A stretch of DNA of 64,000 bases from an uncultured Planctomycetales bacterium (GTDB taxonomy: Bacteria; Omnitrophota; Gorgyraeia; Zapsychrales; Fredricksoniimonadaceae), in contig CAZOXU010000004.1 of the NCBI GenBank assembly GCA_964583975.1, positions 6,100 to 70,099 on the forward strand, given 5' to 3'. Made by a program: the position numbers and the translations under genes. The notes beneath the pieces are model-generated. The model saw only the letters and a program-made list of their open reading frames with translations, was not told the origin of the DNA and did not search any database. The stretch's first letter is position 1. Each line of letters begins with the position of its first letter. Shown here piece by piece: positions 32,341 through 43,940 of the stretch.

Positions 32341-32979
32341 TTATTTCTCAGCAGAAACTTCGCCTTCTGAATTAGCAGAAACCTTTTCAGTCTTAGGTAA
32401 AATTACAATTTCGACACGACGGTTCTTTTGTCTGTTTTCTCTCGAATCATTAGCAGCCACAGGATGATATTCTCCATAACCAACTGCTGATAGACGAGGT
32501 TCACTCACATTTTGTTCACTTAAATAATGCAATACGCTTAAAGCACGTGCAGTTGATAATTCCCAATTTGATTTCCAACCGGATTTCTTAATAGGTTCAT
32601 TATCCGTGTGTCCTTCGATACCTACGTTAAGATCAGCAACAGTAGTATTTAAAACACCTGCTACTTTACTTAATTTGGAGAGGGATTCTTGACGTAATTT
32701 TGCTTTTCCTGAATCAAAAAGAACTTCGGCCACAAAGGTAATAACAAGACCCTTGTCTTGCATTTCAACCTTTACTTGTTTATTGCCGATTTCATCTTTA
32801 AGGCGTCTTTCCAATTCTTCTTTAGCTCTTTCAAGTTCATTTAAATCACTTTTAAGCTTAGAGATCTTTTCAATGTCGGTTCGACGTCCTTTTTGGAAAA
32901 TGATTGTACAACCGGAAAGACCTAGGATGGCCACTAAAGCCAAAACAAAAGTCGTAAAACTCAGTTTAAAAGTACGCAT
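32341..32979 (-). CDS. OmpA-family lipoprotein (Pal/MotB-like peptidoglycan-binding domain)
   Basis: Lipobox LGLSGC after a signal peptide when started at MRTFK. OmpA_C motifs GHTDN...NWELSTARA. Confidence 0.7.
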   Translation of the reverse strand: MRTFKLSFTTFVLALVAILGLSGCTIIFQKGRRTDIEKISKLKSDLNELERAKEELERRLKDEIGNKQVKVEMQDKGLVITFVAEVLFDSGKAKLRQESLSKLSKVAGVLNTTVADLNVGIEGHTDNEPIKKSGWKSNWELSTARALSVLHYLSEQNVSEPRLSAVGYGEYHPVAANDSRENRQKNRRVEIVILPKTEKVSANSEGEVSAEK

Positions 32980-33051
32980 TGAATTCCTCCTTAAATAATT
33001 TAAATAAAATTCACGTTCCAAGTTAACATAGCGTGCTTTCAAAGTCAAGCA

Positions 33052-34395
<1,344 letters not shown>

Positions 34396-34440
34396 TTAAA
34401 TAAACGTAAATTCTTATTTTGAATAGTCATAAACCATAAA

Positions 34441-34467
34441 ATAAAAAAAATAAGCCACTTGCTTATT
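34441..34467 (-). terminator. rho-independent terminator (stem aataagc/gcttatt with an 8-nt U-run on the minus strand)
   Basis: Perfect 7-bp stem and 5-nt loop. It lies downstream of the 34506 gene, and the A8 run on the plus strand is a U-tract on the minus strand. Confidence 0.5.
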
Positions 34468-34505
34468 ATGGAATACAACGCAATGGCCGTTCCCAACGGT
34501 AGAGT

Positions 34506-34985
34506 TTAATCAGGCGTTAACATAAAAAAACTAAAATAAGCGATAAAATAATTGGTCGGCCACAAAGAAGCCAAAACACCTAAGCCTATTCCAATAAGCA
34601 CGATCATAAATCCTAAAAACTTTGAAGAAATATCTCTTTTCAATACAACTTCTTCATCAATTGATTTGCCTTTGGTCAATTGAAACCACTGCCATAAAAA
34701 TTTAAAACCTTTAATTCCTATAAAAACAGCCAACAGCACATACATAAAACGTGATATATGTAAAAAATTTCTATGAAGAAGAATTTGGTCTAAGAACCCA
34801 CAGTTCGCTGAGAAACTCACAGCCACAACTGTTGCTATAAATAAAAGAACCCAGTTTTCCTTAAGGCCATTGTTTTTCAACCAAATGATTCCCAACAACA
34901 CTAAGGCTGCATTCATTAACGCACAAGGGTTTAGACCATCTTGAATTCCTGCACTAATAGGCACCCACCATAATGCATCGGACAT
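34506..34985 (-). CDS. small polytopic membrane protein of unknown function
   Basis: 4 TM helices. The GLNPC motif in TM1 is reminiscent of CcdA/DsbD-family helices. Confidence 0.4.
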   Translation of the reverse strand: MSDALWWVPISAGIQDGLNPCALMNAALVLLGIIWLKNNGLKENWVLLFIATVVAVSFSANCGFLDQILLHRNFLHISRFMYVLLAVFIGIKGFKFLWQWFQLTKGKSIDEEVVLKRDISSKFLGFMIVLIGIGLGVLASLWPTNYFIAYFSFFMLTPD

Positions 34986-34989
34986 TTAA

Positions 34990-36576
34990 CTAAACCTTAA
35001 TAGTTTTAACAAAAAGAATATTTTTGGTTTTACGTAAATTACTAATCACTTCTTCTGAGAGTTCACTGTCCACATTAACAACACTGACAGCCACCCCCTG
35101 CTGATTTTCTCGACCCAAGGTAATCCCTGCAATATTGATATTAGCCTGAGCTAAAATGGTTCCAATGGCTCCAATAATACCTGGCTTATCATTATTGTTA
35201 ATATAAAGCATATGCCCTGAAGGAACAGCTTCAACATACACACTATTAATTTTGACAATTCTTGGTTGTTTATTACTTGAAAGCGTTCCCAGCAAAGAAA
35301 ATGGATCTTTGTCAGTGGCAATGTCTAAGGCTATAGCATTGACATACTCACCTTCTTGAGAAGAAGCAATCTCTTGGATATTAATACCCCGTTCCTTCAT
35401 CATATTTAGGGCATTAATCGTATTAACAGTTTCTCCTAAAATGGGAGTTAACAATCCTTTGGCCAAAGCCATGGTAACAGCCGAAGTTTTCTCTTTAGCG
35501 ATGGCACCACTATAGGTGATTTTGACTTCCTTAATACGACCTTGAATTAATTGACCTGAAAACTTGCCCATTCGATCAGCTAAATCTAAATAAGGTTCAA
35601 TGGCTTTATAAGCCTCAGCAGACAATGAAGGAAAATTAGCTGCATTGCGAATACCATGACCCAATAAAGCATCTTTGACAGCATGGGCAATTTCCACAGC
35701 TACGTTTACTTGAGCTTCAGAGGTCGAAGCACCTAAATGCGGTGTGGTTACACAATTTTCTAACTTGAATAATGGAGAATTAAAATCTGGAGGCTCAACA
35801 TCATAAACATCCAAGGCTGCTCCAGCGATACGCTTTTCTTGCAAAGCTTTAAGTAAAGCTGCTTCATCAATAATTCCACCTCTAGCACAATTGATCAGAC
35901 GTACAGTCTTTTTCATCAGCGCAATCTGTTTTTCACTGATCATATTGGTTGTTTCATCAGTTTTAGGAATATGAACGGTAATATAATCTGCGGTTTTATA
36001 AATTTCATCTAACTCGACTAATTTAATTCCATTTTTAGCAGCAATTTCGGCAGAAAGATAAGGATCGTAACCGATGGTAATCATACCAAAAGCTTGCGCC
36101 ATCTTAGCGACTGTAGTACCAATGCGTCCTAAACCAACAACGCCTAAGGTCTTTCCATATAATTCAACGCCTGTGAATTTAGAACGCTCCCACTTACCTG
36201 CTCTTAAAGAGGCAACAGCCTGTGGAATATTACGAGATAAAGCCATCACTAAACTAAAAGTATGTTCAGCTGTAGAAGTTGTATTGCCGGCTGGCGTATT
36301 CATGGCAACGACGCCTTTTTTAGTAGCGGCCGATAAATCCACATTGTCTAAACCAACTCCTGCTCGACCAATAACCTTAAGTTTATTGGCTCCTTCAAGA
36401 ATGTCTGCGGTCACCTGGGTTCCTGAACGAACAATCAAGGCATCATAATCTTTAATGACACTCTTAAGTTCTGCCGCAGATATACCAAACTTACAATCCA
36501 CCTGAAAATTTTTATCTGACGTTAATATATCTAGACCTTCTTTTTCAAGCTTATCGCTAATTAAAATCTTAAACAT
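34990..36576 (-). CDS. serA: D-3-phosphoglycerate dehydrogenase (long form with ASB and ACT domains)
   Basis: 2-hydroxyacid dehydrogenase catalytic and NAD domains (GLGRIG) with a C-terminal ACT. Confidence 0.9.
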   Translation of the reverse strand: MFKILISDKLEKEGLDILTSDKNFQVDCKFGISAAELKSVIKDYDALIVRSGTQVTADILEGANKLKVIGRAGVGLDNVDLSAATKKGVVAMNTPAGNTTSTAEHTFSLVMALSRNIPQAVASLRAGKWERSKFTGVELYGKTLGVVGLGRIGTTVAKMAQAFGMITIGYDPYLSAEIAAKNGIKLVELDEIYKTADYITVHIPKTDETTNMISEKQIALMKKTVRLINCARGGIIDEAALLKALQEKRIAGAALDVYDVEPPDFNSPLFKLENCVTTPHLGASTSEAQVNVAVEIAHAVKDALLGHGIRNAANFPSLSAEAYKAIEPYLDLADRMGKFSGQLIQGRIKEVKITYSGAIAKEKTSAVTMALAKGLLTPILGETVNTINALNMMKERGINIQEIASSQEGEYVNAIALDIATDKDPFSLLGTLSSNKQPRIVKINSVYVEAVPSGHMLYINNNDKPGIIGAIGTILAQANINIAGITLGRENQQGVAVSVVNVDSELSEEVISNLRKTKNILFVKTIKV

Positions 36577-36590
36577 ACATTGTCCTTAAT

Positions 36591-37733
36591 CTATTTTTGA
36601 TTTAAAACTTTCTGAGCAGCAGTTAATGCCGCACCTAATTCAAATTTATGCCCCATTTGATGCAAAACTTTCTCTAAACAGGCTAAGCCTGTCAAGATAT
36701 CGTATTCATCAAGAGCACCCATATGAGCCATACGAATGACCTTTCCCTTGAGATGATCTTGACCACCAGCAAAAGCAACGCCATAGGTGTCACGCATAGT
36801 CTTAGTCAATTTCTCTCCATCAATACCAGCCGGAACATTCACAGCTGTTAACACATTGGTGGCGCAATGAGCTTCTGGAAAAAGGGTTAAACCGATTGCC
36901 TGACAACCTGCACGCGTAGCTTTGGCCAAATGAGCGTAACGGGCAAACATATTACTTAAACCTTCTTTTTTAATCATATTAAGACTATCAACCAATGCAA
37001 TAAGAACACCAATTGCAGGTGTAAATGGAGTATCCATCTTCTCCATAGCCTTCTTGCATTCTTTTAAATCAAAATAATATTTAGGCGTGGTCGATTTATT
37101 AATTAAATCAATTGCCTTAGGACTCGCGCTTACGAAAGCCAACCCTGGTGGCAACATCAAACCTTTATGCGATCCTGAAACCACCATATCACAATACCAC
37201 TCATCGGTCTTAATTTCTTCGACAGCCAAGCCTGAGACTGCATCAACAACCAAAACAGCTGATGTGTTTTTAACAACTTCACCAATAGCCTTAACATCAG
37301 TTCTTACGCCTGTTGAAGTTTCAGACAAAGTAATAAAAACAGCTTTTGTTTCTGGGTTAGCAGCTAACAACTTCTTGATCTCTTCAGCTGTAGAAACCTT
37401 ACCCCATTGGACTTTATGAGCCACGGTCTTGGCTTTATAGGTATTACAAAGCTCAACCCAACGTTCACCAAATTTTCCACCATCGACCGCAATTACTGTA
37501 TCTCCAGGAGAAAGTAAATTAACAACAGCAGCTTCCATGGCTCCAGAACCCGAGGAAGTTAAGATATAAATATCATTCTTAGTTTGGAAAACTTCCTTTA
37601 AACCTTCGACCACCTGCTTGATGTTATCTTGGAATTGAGGTGTTCGATGATGGATGATTGGTTTACCCAACGCAGCGCAAAGATTAGCTGGTACTTGCGT
37701 AGGCCCTGGAGTTAACAACAAATTACGTTTCAT
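36591..37733 (-). CDS. class V aminotransferase (serine-pyruvate/phosphoserine aminotransferase type, likely the SerC function)
   Basis: PLP-fold class V fold with SGSHKGL (Lys site). Adjacent to serA. Confidence 0.75.
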   Translation of the reverse strand: MKRNLLLTPGPTQVPANLCAALGKPIIHHRTPQFQDNIKQVVEGLKEVFQTKNDIYILTSSGSGAMEAAVVNLLSPGDTVIAVDGGKFGERWVELCNTYKAKTVAHKVQWGKVSTAEEIKKLLAANPETKAVFITLSETSTGVRTDVKAIGEVVKNTSAVLVVDAVSGLAVEEIKTDEWYCDMVVSGSHKGLMLPPGLAFVSASPKAIDLINKSTTPKYYFDLKECKKAMEKMDTPFTPAIGVLIALVDSLNMIKKEGLSNMFARYAHLAKATRAGCQAIGLTLFPEAHCATNVLTAVNVPAGIDGEKLTKTMRDTYGVAFAGGQDHLKGKVIRMAHMGALDEYDILTGLACLEKVLHQMGHKFELGAALTAAQKVLNQK

Positions 37734-37755
37734 TTCTTACTTCCTCTCTACAATG

Positions 37756-38370
37756 TTAAAGAATTTTAGTGATGACCTCATCGATAAGGCCATAATCTTT
37801 TGCTTCTTGACCTGACATAAAATAATCTCGATCCGTATCTCGAGCCACTTTTTCAACAGATTGGTTGGAATGTTTAGCCAAAATCTTATTGAGCTCTTCT
37901 TTCATACGTAAAATTTCAGTGGCTTGGATGGAAATATCTGAGGCTGTACCCTGTGCCCCACCCCATGGTTGATGAATCATGATGCGAGAATTTGGAAGAG
38001 CATGACGCTTACCCTTGGTGCCTGCAGTCAGTAAGACAGCTCCCATACTTGCGGCTTGTCCAATACAAATCGTAGACACACTAGGTTTTATGTACTGAAT
38101 AGTGTCATAAATAGCTAAACCAGCAGTCACCGAACCACCTGGAGAATTGATATATAAATGAATATCTTTCTCCTTATCTTCAGACTGCAAATGTAATAAT
38201 TGAGCAATGATCAAATTAGCCACATGATCGTCAATAGCAGTTCCTAAAAAAATAATACGTTCCTTTAACAAACGTGAATAGATATCATAGGCACGTTCGC
38301 CATGACTACTTTTTTCCACGACCATTGGCACTAAAATTTGTGATTTCTCCATCATTTGGTCTCCTCCCAT
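37756..38370 (-). CDS. clpP: ATP-dependent Clp protease proteolytic subunit
   Basis: GQAASMGA with the active Ser, plus His and Asp motifs. Confidence 0.9.
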   Translation of the reverse strand: MGGDQMMEKSQILVPMVVEKSSHGERAYDIYSRLLKERIIFLGTAIDDHVANLIIAQLLHLQSEDKEKDIHLYINSPGGSVTAGLAIYDTIQYIKPSVSTICIGQAASMGAVLLTAGTKGKRHALPNSRIMIHQPWGGAQGTASDISIQATEILRMKEELNKILAKHSNQSVEKVARDTDRDYFMSGQEAKDYGLIDEVITKIL

Positions 38371-39242
38371 TTGGCTTCTTTTAACAATAGCTCCATGACC
38401 TTATGAGACATGTGTTCGTTTTCACCTAATTCAATTTTCTCTAATTTAGCAATTTCTTCTAAGATCAAATAAGCCTTTACCTCTCGTTCAACTATTGGCT
38501 GTAACTCTTTCTTGATCTCTTCTTGTTTGCTCTTGAGCTCTTCAGCTGACAAATTGTGATTCTTGAAACGTTTCAACATTTCCTGAGTACGATATGCCAA
38601 TTGTCTTTTCACTAGAGACTGAGGAACATCTAATTTAGCATTTTTTATTAACTCTTCAACAATTTGATTCTCTATTTCCATACGATTCTTACGGTCTTTA
38701 TCCATTTGCATTTGGCGAGTCATGGCATCTTTGAAATCTTGCAAAGAAGGAAAACCCATCCCCTTAGCAAAAGCATCATCGATAGTAACCTCTTTATCAC
38801 CTTGTCCCTTTTTAAAGAACTCGAGAGTTTTATTTAATTCCTCTTCAGTAACTTTATTGTCTTGAGGCTTAATTTTGATTCCTTTATATTTCTCAATCTT
38901 AACTTCTGGACGAAGATCCAAGGTGGCTTTAAAAGTTAAAACACCATCTTTAAGATCAACATCGGAAATCTCGGGTAAATCAATGGGGTTTAAATTATGT
39001 TGACCAATACCTTCATGATAAACTTCAGGAATCAATTTTTTGATGGTTTCTTCTTGAGCAAGCTTTCCATGTGAGGCGCTTAATATATGGCGAGGAACCT
39101 TGCCTGGTCTAAAACCTTTAACCTTGGCATGTTTGCCAATCTCATTATAAACTTCATCCATGGCCTTGGTGACTTTTTCACGAGGCACTTCGAATTGTAA
39201 TTCACGTTTTAAATTATCTACTTTTTTCACATCAACTTTCAT
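38352..39242 (-). CDS. tig: trigger factor, truncated form lacking the FKBP PPIase domain
   Basis: GFRPGKVP ribosome-binding signature and C-domain-like helices ([17 protein letters not shown]). Only 296 aa. Confidence 0.75.
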   Translation of the reverse strand: MKVDVKKVDNLKRELQFEVPREKVTKAMDEVYNEIGKHAKVKGFRPGKVPRHILSASHGKLAQEETIKKLIPEVYHEGIGQHNLNPIDLPEISDVDLKDGVLTFKATLDLRPEVKIEKYKGIKIKPQDNKVTEEELNKTLEFFKKGQGDKEVTIDDAFAKGMGFPSLQDFKDAMTRQMQMDKDRKNRMEIENQIVEELIKNAKLDVPQSLVKRQLAYRTQEMLKRFKNHNLSAEELKSKQEEIKKELQPIVEREVKAYLILEEIAKLEKIELGENEHMSHKVMELLLKEAKWEETK

Positions 39243-39290
39243 TATTGCTTCCCTTTCATTTAAATGGGCAAGATGATCCCGCCCCTACGA

Positions 39291-40013
39291 TTACATTGAA
39301 AATTTTTCACCTAAATAGATTTTACGAGCCTTTTGATCATTGATTAAGTCTTGAGCTGTCCCTGAAATTAAAATTCTTCCATCAGCCACTAAATAGGCAC
39401 GATCTGTGATCGATAATGTTTCTCTGACATTGTGATCCGTTAATAAAATTCCTAAGCCGCGCTTCTTAAGATCCTTGATGATTTCCTGAGCTTCAGCCAC
39501 CACGATTGGATCAATTCCTGAAAAAGGCTCATCTAATAAAAGAAACGAAGGATTAGTCACTAAGGCTCTAGTGATTTCTAAACGTCGACGCTCTCCACCT
39601 GAAAGCGTATAGGCCTTGGATTTAGCCAAATGAGATATTTTAAGTTCTTCTAATAATGATTCTAAACGACGCTTTCGCTCTGCTGGACCTATAGGCAAGG
39701 TCTCTAAAATGGCCATGATGTTTTCCTGGACCGTTAATTTTCTAAAAATTGATGATTCTTGGGCCAAATAACCCATCCCTAAACGGCAGCGATCATGGAT
39801 AGGCTTTTTAGTGATATCTTCCTGATCAAAGATCACCTGACCTTCATCGGGGGCAATGATACCTACAGCCATATAAAAAGAAGTTGTCTTTCCTGCTCCG
39901 TTAGGGCCTAACAGTCCAACAATTTCCGAACGACCAACTGAAATAGATAAACCATCAACTACGCGACGGCCGCCGTATGTTTTAACAAGATTCTTTGCTT
40001 CTAATAAACGCAT
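39291..40013 (-). CDS. lptB: LPS export ABC transporter ATP-binding protein
   Basis: GPNGAGKTT, LSGGERRRLEI. Adjacent to an OstA-fold protein and the kds genes. Confidence 0.85.
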   Translation of the reverse strand: MRLLEAKNLVKTYGGRRVVDGLSISVGRSEIVGLLGPNGAGKTTSFYMAVGIIAPDEGQVIFDQEDITKKPIHDRCRLGMGYLAQESSIFRKLTVQENIMAILETLPIGPAERKRRLESLLEELKISHLAKSKAYTLSGGERRRLEITRALVTNPSFLLLDEPFSGIDPIVVAEAQEIIKDLKKRGLGILLTDHNVRETLSITDRAYLVADGRILISGTAQDLINDQKARKIYLGEKFSM

Positions 40014-40014
40014 T

Positions 40015-40914
40015 TTAATTTCCTAACTTTTGAAACATGCCGCCGCCCTTAGCTTCAGCAGTATCGAATACAATCTTCGGGCGTCCCTTCATGACCAATA
40101 ATTCATCATTACCCGTATAAACCATTTCATCAGCATAACTGGCACTATTACCCTGAACAGCCTTCACATGCCCTTTACAAATCACTTTTTTGATCTTTTT
40201 ATTCTTATCGTCAAACCAAATGTCCATCCTATCAGCATATAATTGACGACCGGTTGACTCTTCTATAGCCACCACATTATCAATAAAAGTCCCATGAAAA
40301 TTTAATTGGTCCATTTGCATAGGGCCATCACAAGTAATCGTCACTTTTTGGTTATCGGTTGAACTTGCCCCCTGTGAACTGGTATTGAGCACTGCTTTGA
40401 CATCTTTATCAATAGAAGCCTTTTTTAAATTTGGATGCGCGGTCAACCCTTTACCCGTGACTTCACCTTGATCGTCCGTGATTTTAACAGGATCATCGGT
40501 TGTAACTAAATCCTTGTTACGATCCCAATCCAAACTATCGGTTTTCATAGTCGTGCCACGATCGGCCGTAATCACAACATCATCTTGTAAATGTACTTGG
40601 CCACTGGTTTTGTTAATCACCCCATTTTTAGAAGTCAAATTACCATTTTCCTTACCATAAAAATTAGCATCTACATTAGTAATCTTAATTTTATCTTCTG
40701 AAATATCTGCTTTATCTCCGTTGACTTCCCAAGTTTTTTTACCGGTGTCATCGTACCCATTTAAATTAAAACCCTCTAATTGTTGCTGCACGCCATTGCC
40801 AGCGCTATTTGTGATGGTGTTCGTAGTGGTATTAGTACTCACTTCTTGAGCGCGAGCTGAAAGAACAAAACCTAAAATTGCAATAACACTAAGAGACAGA
40901 ATCTTAATTTTCAT
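40015..40914 (-). CDS. OstA-fold LPS transport periplasmic protein (LptA/LptC-like, 299 aa)
   Basis: N-terminal hydrophobic segment and a beta-rich T/D/N/K-rich sequence typical of the LptA/LptC jellyroll. Position between kdsC and lptB. Confidence 0.55.
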   Translation of the reverse strand: MKIKILSLSVIAILGFVLSARAQEVSTNTTTNTITNSAGNGVQQQLEGFNLNGYDDTGKKTWEVNGDKADISEDKIKITNVDANFYGKENGNLTSKNGVINKTSGQVHLQDDVVITADRGTTMKTDSLDWDRNKDLVTTDDPVKITDDQGEVTGKGLTAHPNLKKASIDKDVKAVLNTSSQGASSTDNQKVTITCDGPMQMDQLNFHGTFIDNVVAIEESTGRQLYADRMDIWFDDKNKKIKKVICKGHVKAVQGNSASYADEMVYTGNDELLVMKGRPKIVFDTAEAKGGGMFQKLGN

Positions 40915-41413
40915 ATAATTGAGGTGTCCATTTCCCTTGGGCCTTCAGAATTAATTCAATGACTTCTCTTACAGCACCTTCTCCACCTTTTTTAGTAGTT
41001 ACATATTTTGCTATCGATTTGACTTCAAAAACTGCGTTAGCCACTGCCACCGAAAGCCCAACTCTTTTTAAAATTCCTAAATCAGCCACATCATCCCCAA
41101 CAAAACAAACTTCTTCATCTTTAATGCCCCAATCTTTTAAAAGTGATTCATAGGGATTTATCTTAGGATAAGCTCCTACAAAAACCTTATCGATCTGCAA
41201 ATCGCGAGCTCGGTGAGCCACCACTGCTGATTGACGAGCAGAGATAATAGCACTTTTAAATCCACAACGCCGCCAAAACACTAGACCAAAACCATCTTGG
41301 ACATCAAATCGCTTAGTTTCAACACCATTGGAATCAATAATGATTCCGCCATCAGTCAGAACACCATCTACATCAACAATCAAAACCTTAATTTTTTTCA
41401 AACATTCTTGCAT
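40904..41413 (-). CDS. kdsC: Kdo-8-phosphate phosphatase
   Basis: HAD motif IKVLIVDVDGVLTDG. 169 aa. Confidence 0.8.
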   Translation of the reverse strand: MQECLKKIKVLIVDVDGVLTDGGIIIDSNGVETKRFDVQDGFGLVFWRRCGFKSAIISARQSAVVAHRARDLQIDKVFVGAYPKINPYESLLKDWGIKDEEVCFVGDDVADLGILKRVGLSVAVANAVFEVKSIAKYVTTKKGGEGAVREVIELILKAQGKWTPQLYEN

Positions 41414-42369
41414 CAGACAATCCCTGCCTTAAGTAAATCCTGAACATCGACCAAACCTACTAATTTATGATTCTTATCAACTACAGGCAGTTCATCAATC
41501 TTCTTTGTTTTTAAAATCTCAAAAGCTTCGGCAGCAAGTTTATCTTTACCAATAGCTCTAGGATTCTTAGTCATAACATCTTTAACCGATCGAGAAAGAA
41601 CCTTTAAATCTTGTTCTAAATGGCGACGCAAATCACCATCGGTAAAAATTCCTTCCAAACGTCCTTTTTGATCAACCACACAAGCGCAACCACATCGAGC
41701 TTTAGTAATTGCCAATAAGACCCCTTGGACCTTCATCGAAAAATGAACCTTGGCTAAATGTGAATCCTTACGCATGATATCTTCCACCTTCAGTAAAAGC
41801 CTACGTCCTAAACTTCCACCAGGATGAAACAGGGCAAAATCTTCTTTACGAAATTTTTTTCGATCAATCAGACAGGCTGCCAGAGCATCACCCATAACCA
41901 AGGTAGCTGTGGTAGAAGCCATGGGAGCCAAACCTAATGGACAACCTTCTTGTTTAACACCAACATTTAAAACCACATCACTATATTTAGCCAAGGTTGA
42001 ATGCGTATTTCCTGTAATAGCTATAGTCTGCGCGCCGATCTTCTTAATTAATGGTAGAAGCCTGGTAGTTTCTTCTGTTTCCCCGCTTTGAGAAATAACA
42101 ATCAAAACATCTTTAAAAGTGACCTGACCCAGATCACCATGCACTGCCTCGGCAGAATGCATAAAAACACTTGGCGTACCTGTAGAGGATAAAGTGGCAG
42201 AAATTTTTCGACCTACAACACCAGTCTTACCCATTCCAGTGACAATCACTCGCCCCTGACATTGAGCCATTAGGGTCACAGCTCGTTCAAAATTGCGATC
42301 CAAATGTTTTAATAACCCCTTAACCGCAGCTGCCTCGATATTGATCACTTCCTTTGCTCGCTTTAACAT
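41413..42369 (-). CDS. kdsD: arabinose-5-phosphate isomerase (SIS plus tandem CBS)
   Basis: GRVIVTGMGKTGVVG SIS motif and CBS pair. Start taken at MLKRAKE; the track ORF is extended to 42393. Confidence 0.85.
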   Translation of the reverse strand: MLKRAKEVINIEAAAVKGLLKHLDRNFERAVTLMAQCQGRVIVTGMGKTGVVGRKISATLSSTGTPSVFMHSAEAVHGDLGQVTFKDVLIVISQSGETEETTRLLPLIKKIGAQTIAITGNTHSTLAKYSDVVLNVGVKQEGCPLGLAPMASTTATLVMGDALAACLIDRKKFRKEDFALFHPGGSLGRRLLLKVEDIMRKDSHLAKVHFSMKVQGVLLAITKARCGCACVVDQKGRLEGIFTDGDLRRHLEQDLKVLSRSVKDVMTKNPRAIGKDKLAAEAFEILKTKKIDELPVVDKNHKLVGLVDVQDLLKAGIV

Positions 42370-42384
42370 ATTTTCCCTATACAG

Positions 42385-42400
42385 ACACGGCATGCCGTGT
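42385..42400. promoter_or_regulatory. perfect 16-bp GC-rich palindrome ACACGGCATGCCGTGT in the kdsA-kdsD spacer
   Basis: Seen directly. The AUG of the extended upstream start lies at the dyad. Confidence 0.4.
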
Positions 42401-42402
42401 CA

Positions 42403-43224
42403 CTACTTTTTGATAATCCTATCAATAGCTATTAAATCCTTCAGTAATTTCTCGAGTTTCGCTAATGGAATCATGTTAGGCCCATCAGATAAAGCTTTCG
42501 AAGGATTAGGATGTGTTTCTAAGAATATACCACCCACCCCTGCCGCAACCGCACAGCGAGACAATAATGGAATATATTCACTATTTCCCCCTGAAGCATG
42601 ACCTAAACCACCAGGCTGCTGTACACTATGAGTAGCATCAAAAACAACGGGATATCCTGTTTTACGCATTTCTTCAAGGGCTCTGAAATCGCTGACCAAA
42701 TTATTATAACCAAAAGAAACACCCCGCTCAGTCAGTAAAATGTTTCGATTACCAGCTTCTTCCATTTTCTTAACAATACCCTTCACATCCCAAGGAGCTA
42801 AAAACTGACCCTTTTTAACATTCACAACTCGCCCTGTCTTTGCTGCCGCAAGGATCAAATCTGTCTGACGGCATAAAAAGGCTGGGATTTGAATAATATC
42901 TAAAATTTCTGCAGCCAGCTCTACTTCATGGCGGCAGTGAACATCTGAGAGCACAGGAACGTTAAATTCCTTTTTAATTTCTGCCAATACCTTCAAGCCA
43001 TCAAAAATTCCAGGACCACGAAACGACTTAATAGAAGTACGATTAGCTTTATCATAACTGGCCTTAAAGACAAAAGGAACCTTAAGCCTGCTTGTCATCT
43101 TTTTTAAGTCATAGGCGATCTTAAATGCCTCTTTTTTAGACTCGATCACACACGGGCCTGCAATTAATACAAACGGCTTGTTGCCACCAAAAGCGATCTT
43201 ACCTATTTTAATTGAGCGAACCAT
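42403..43224 (-). CDS. kdsA: 3-deoxy-8-phosphooctulonate synthase
   Basis: DAHP/KDO8P synthase fold (FKASYDKANR, HSVQQPGG). Confidence 0.9.
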   Translation of the reverse strand: MVRSIKIGKIAFGGNKPFVLIAGPCVIESKKEAFKIAYDLKKMTSRLKVPFVFKASYDKANRTSIKSFRGPGIFDGLKVLAEIKKEFNVPVLSDVHCRHEVELAAEILDIIQIPAFLCRQTDLILAAAKTGRVVNVKKGQFLAPWDVKGIVKKMEEAGNRNILLTERGVSFGYNNLVSDFRALEEMRKTGYPVVFDATHSVQQPGGLGHASGGNSEYIPLLSRCAVAAGVGGIFLETHPNPSKALSDGPNMIPLAKLEKLLKDLIAIDRIIKK

Positions 43225-43940
43225 TGTTCTGCCTTTTTTAAATCTTCAAGAGTATCAATAGCCACTGACTCTGAAGTAGTTACGGTTGTTTTAATACTAA
43301 ACCCTCGTTCTAAAACTCTTAATTGTTCTAACTGTTCTGTGACTTCCAATATCGACTTTGACCAATCTTTATACTGCAAAAGAAAATCTTTACGATAAGC
43401 ATAAAGTCCTAAATGTTTATAATTCTTGAGTCCCTCTGGTTTGGTGCTATTGCGATTATAAGGGATTGGTGAACGGGAAAAATATAATGCATACCCTTTG
43501 GCATCAATCACACATTTAACCACATTTGGATTTTGAAAATCAGCCTCATCCGTAATTTCCTTAATCACAGTAGCCATCGGACATCCCGAGTCAGCCTTTA
43601 AAAGAGCGACGAGACGATCGATTGTTTTAGGATCAATGAACGGCTCATCACCTTGAATATTAACAATAATATCTACAGCTAAATCTTTAACTGCTTCAGC
43701 GATTCTATCAGAGCCTGAAGGATGCGCTGGATCGGTCATCACAACCTTGGCTCCAAAGCTTTGCGCCACCTTAAACACATCTTGATGGTCGCAAGCAATG
43801 ATCACATCATCTAATTCGCTAGCTTGCTTAGCACGCGTCCAAACATGCTCAATCATCGGCTTACCAGCAATTTGAACTAAGACCTTTGCAGGAAATCTGC
43901 TAGAAGCAAACCGAGCTGGAATAACACCTATGGTCTTCAT
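43203..43940 (-). CDS. kdsB: 3-deoxy-manno-octulosonate cytidylyltransferase
   Basis: IPARFASSRFPAKVL N-terminus. Confidence 0.85.
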   Translation of the reverse strand: MKTIGVIPARFASSRFPAKVLVQIAGKPMIEHVWTRAKQASELDDVIIACDHQDVFKVAQSFGAKVVMTDPAHPSGSDRIAEAVKDLAVDIIVNIQGDEPFIDPKTIDRLVALLKADSGCPMATVIKEITDEADFQNPNVVKCVIDAKGYALYFSRSPIPYNRNSTKPEGLKNYKHLGLYAYRKDFLLQYKDWSKSILEVTEQLEQLRVLERGFSIKTTVTTSESVAIDTLEDLKKAEQWFAQLK

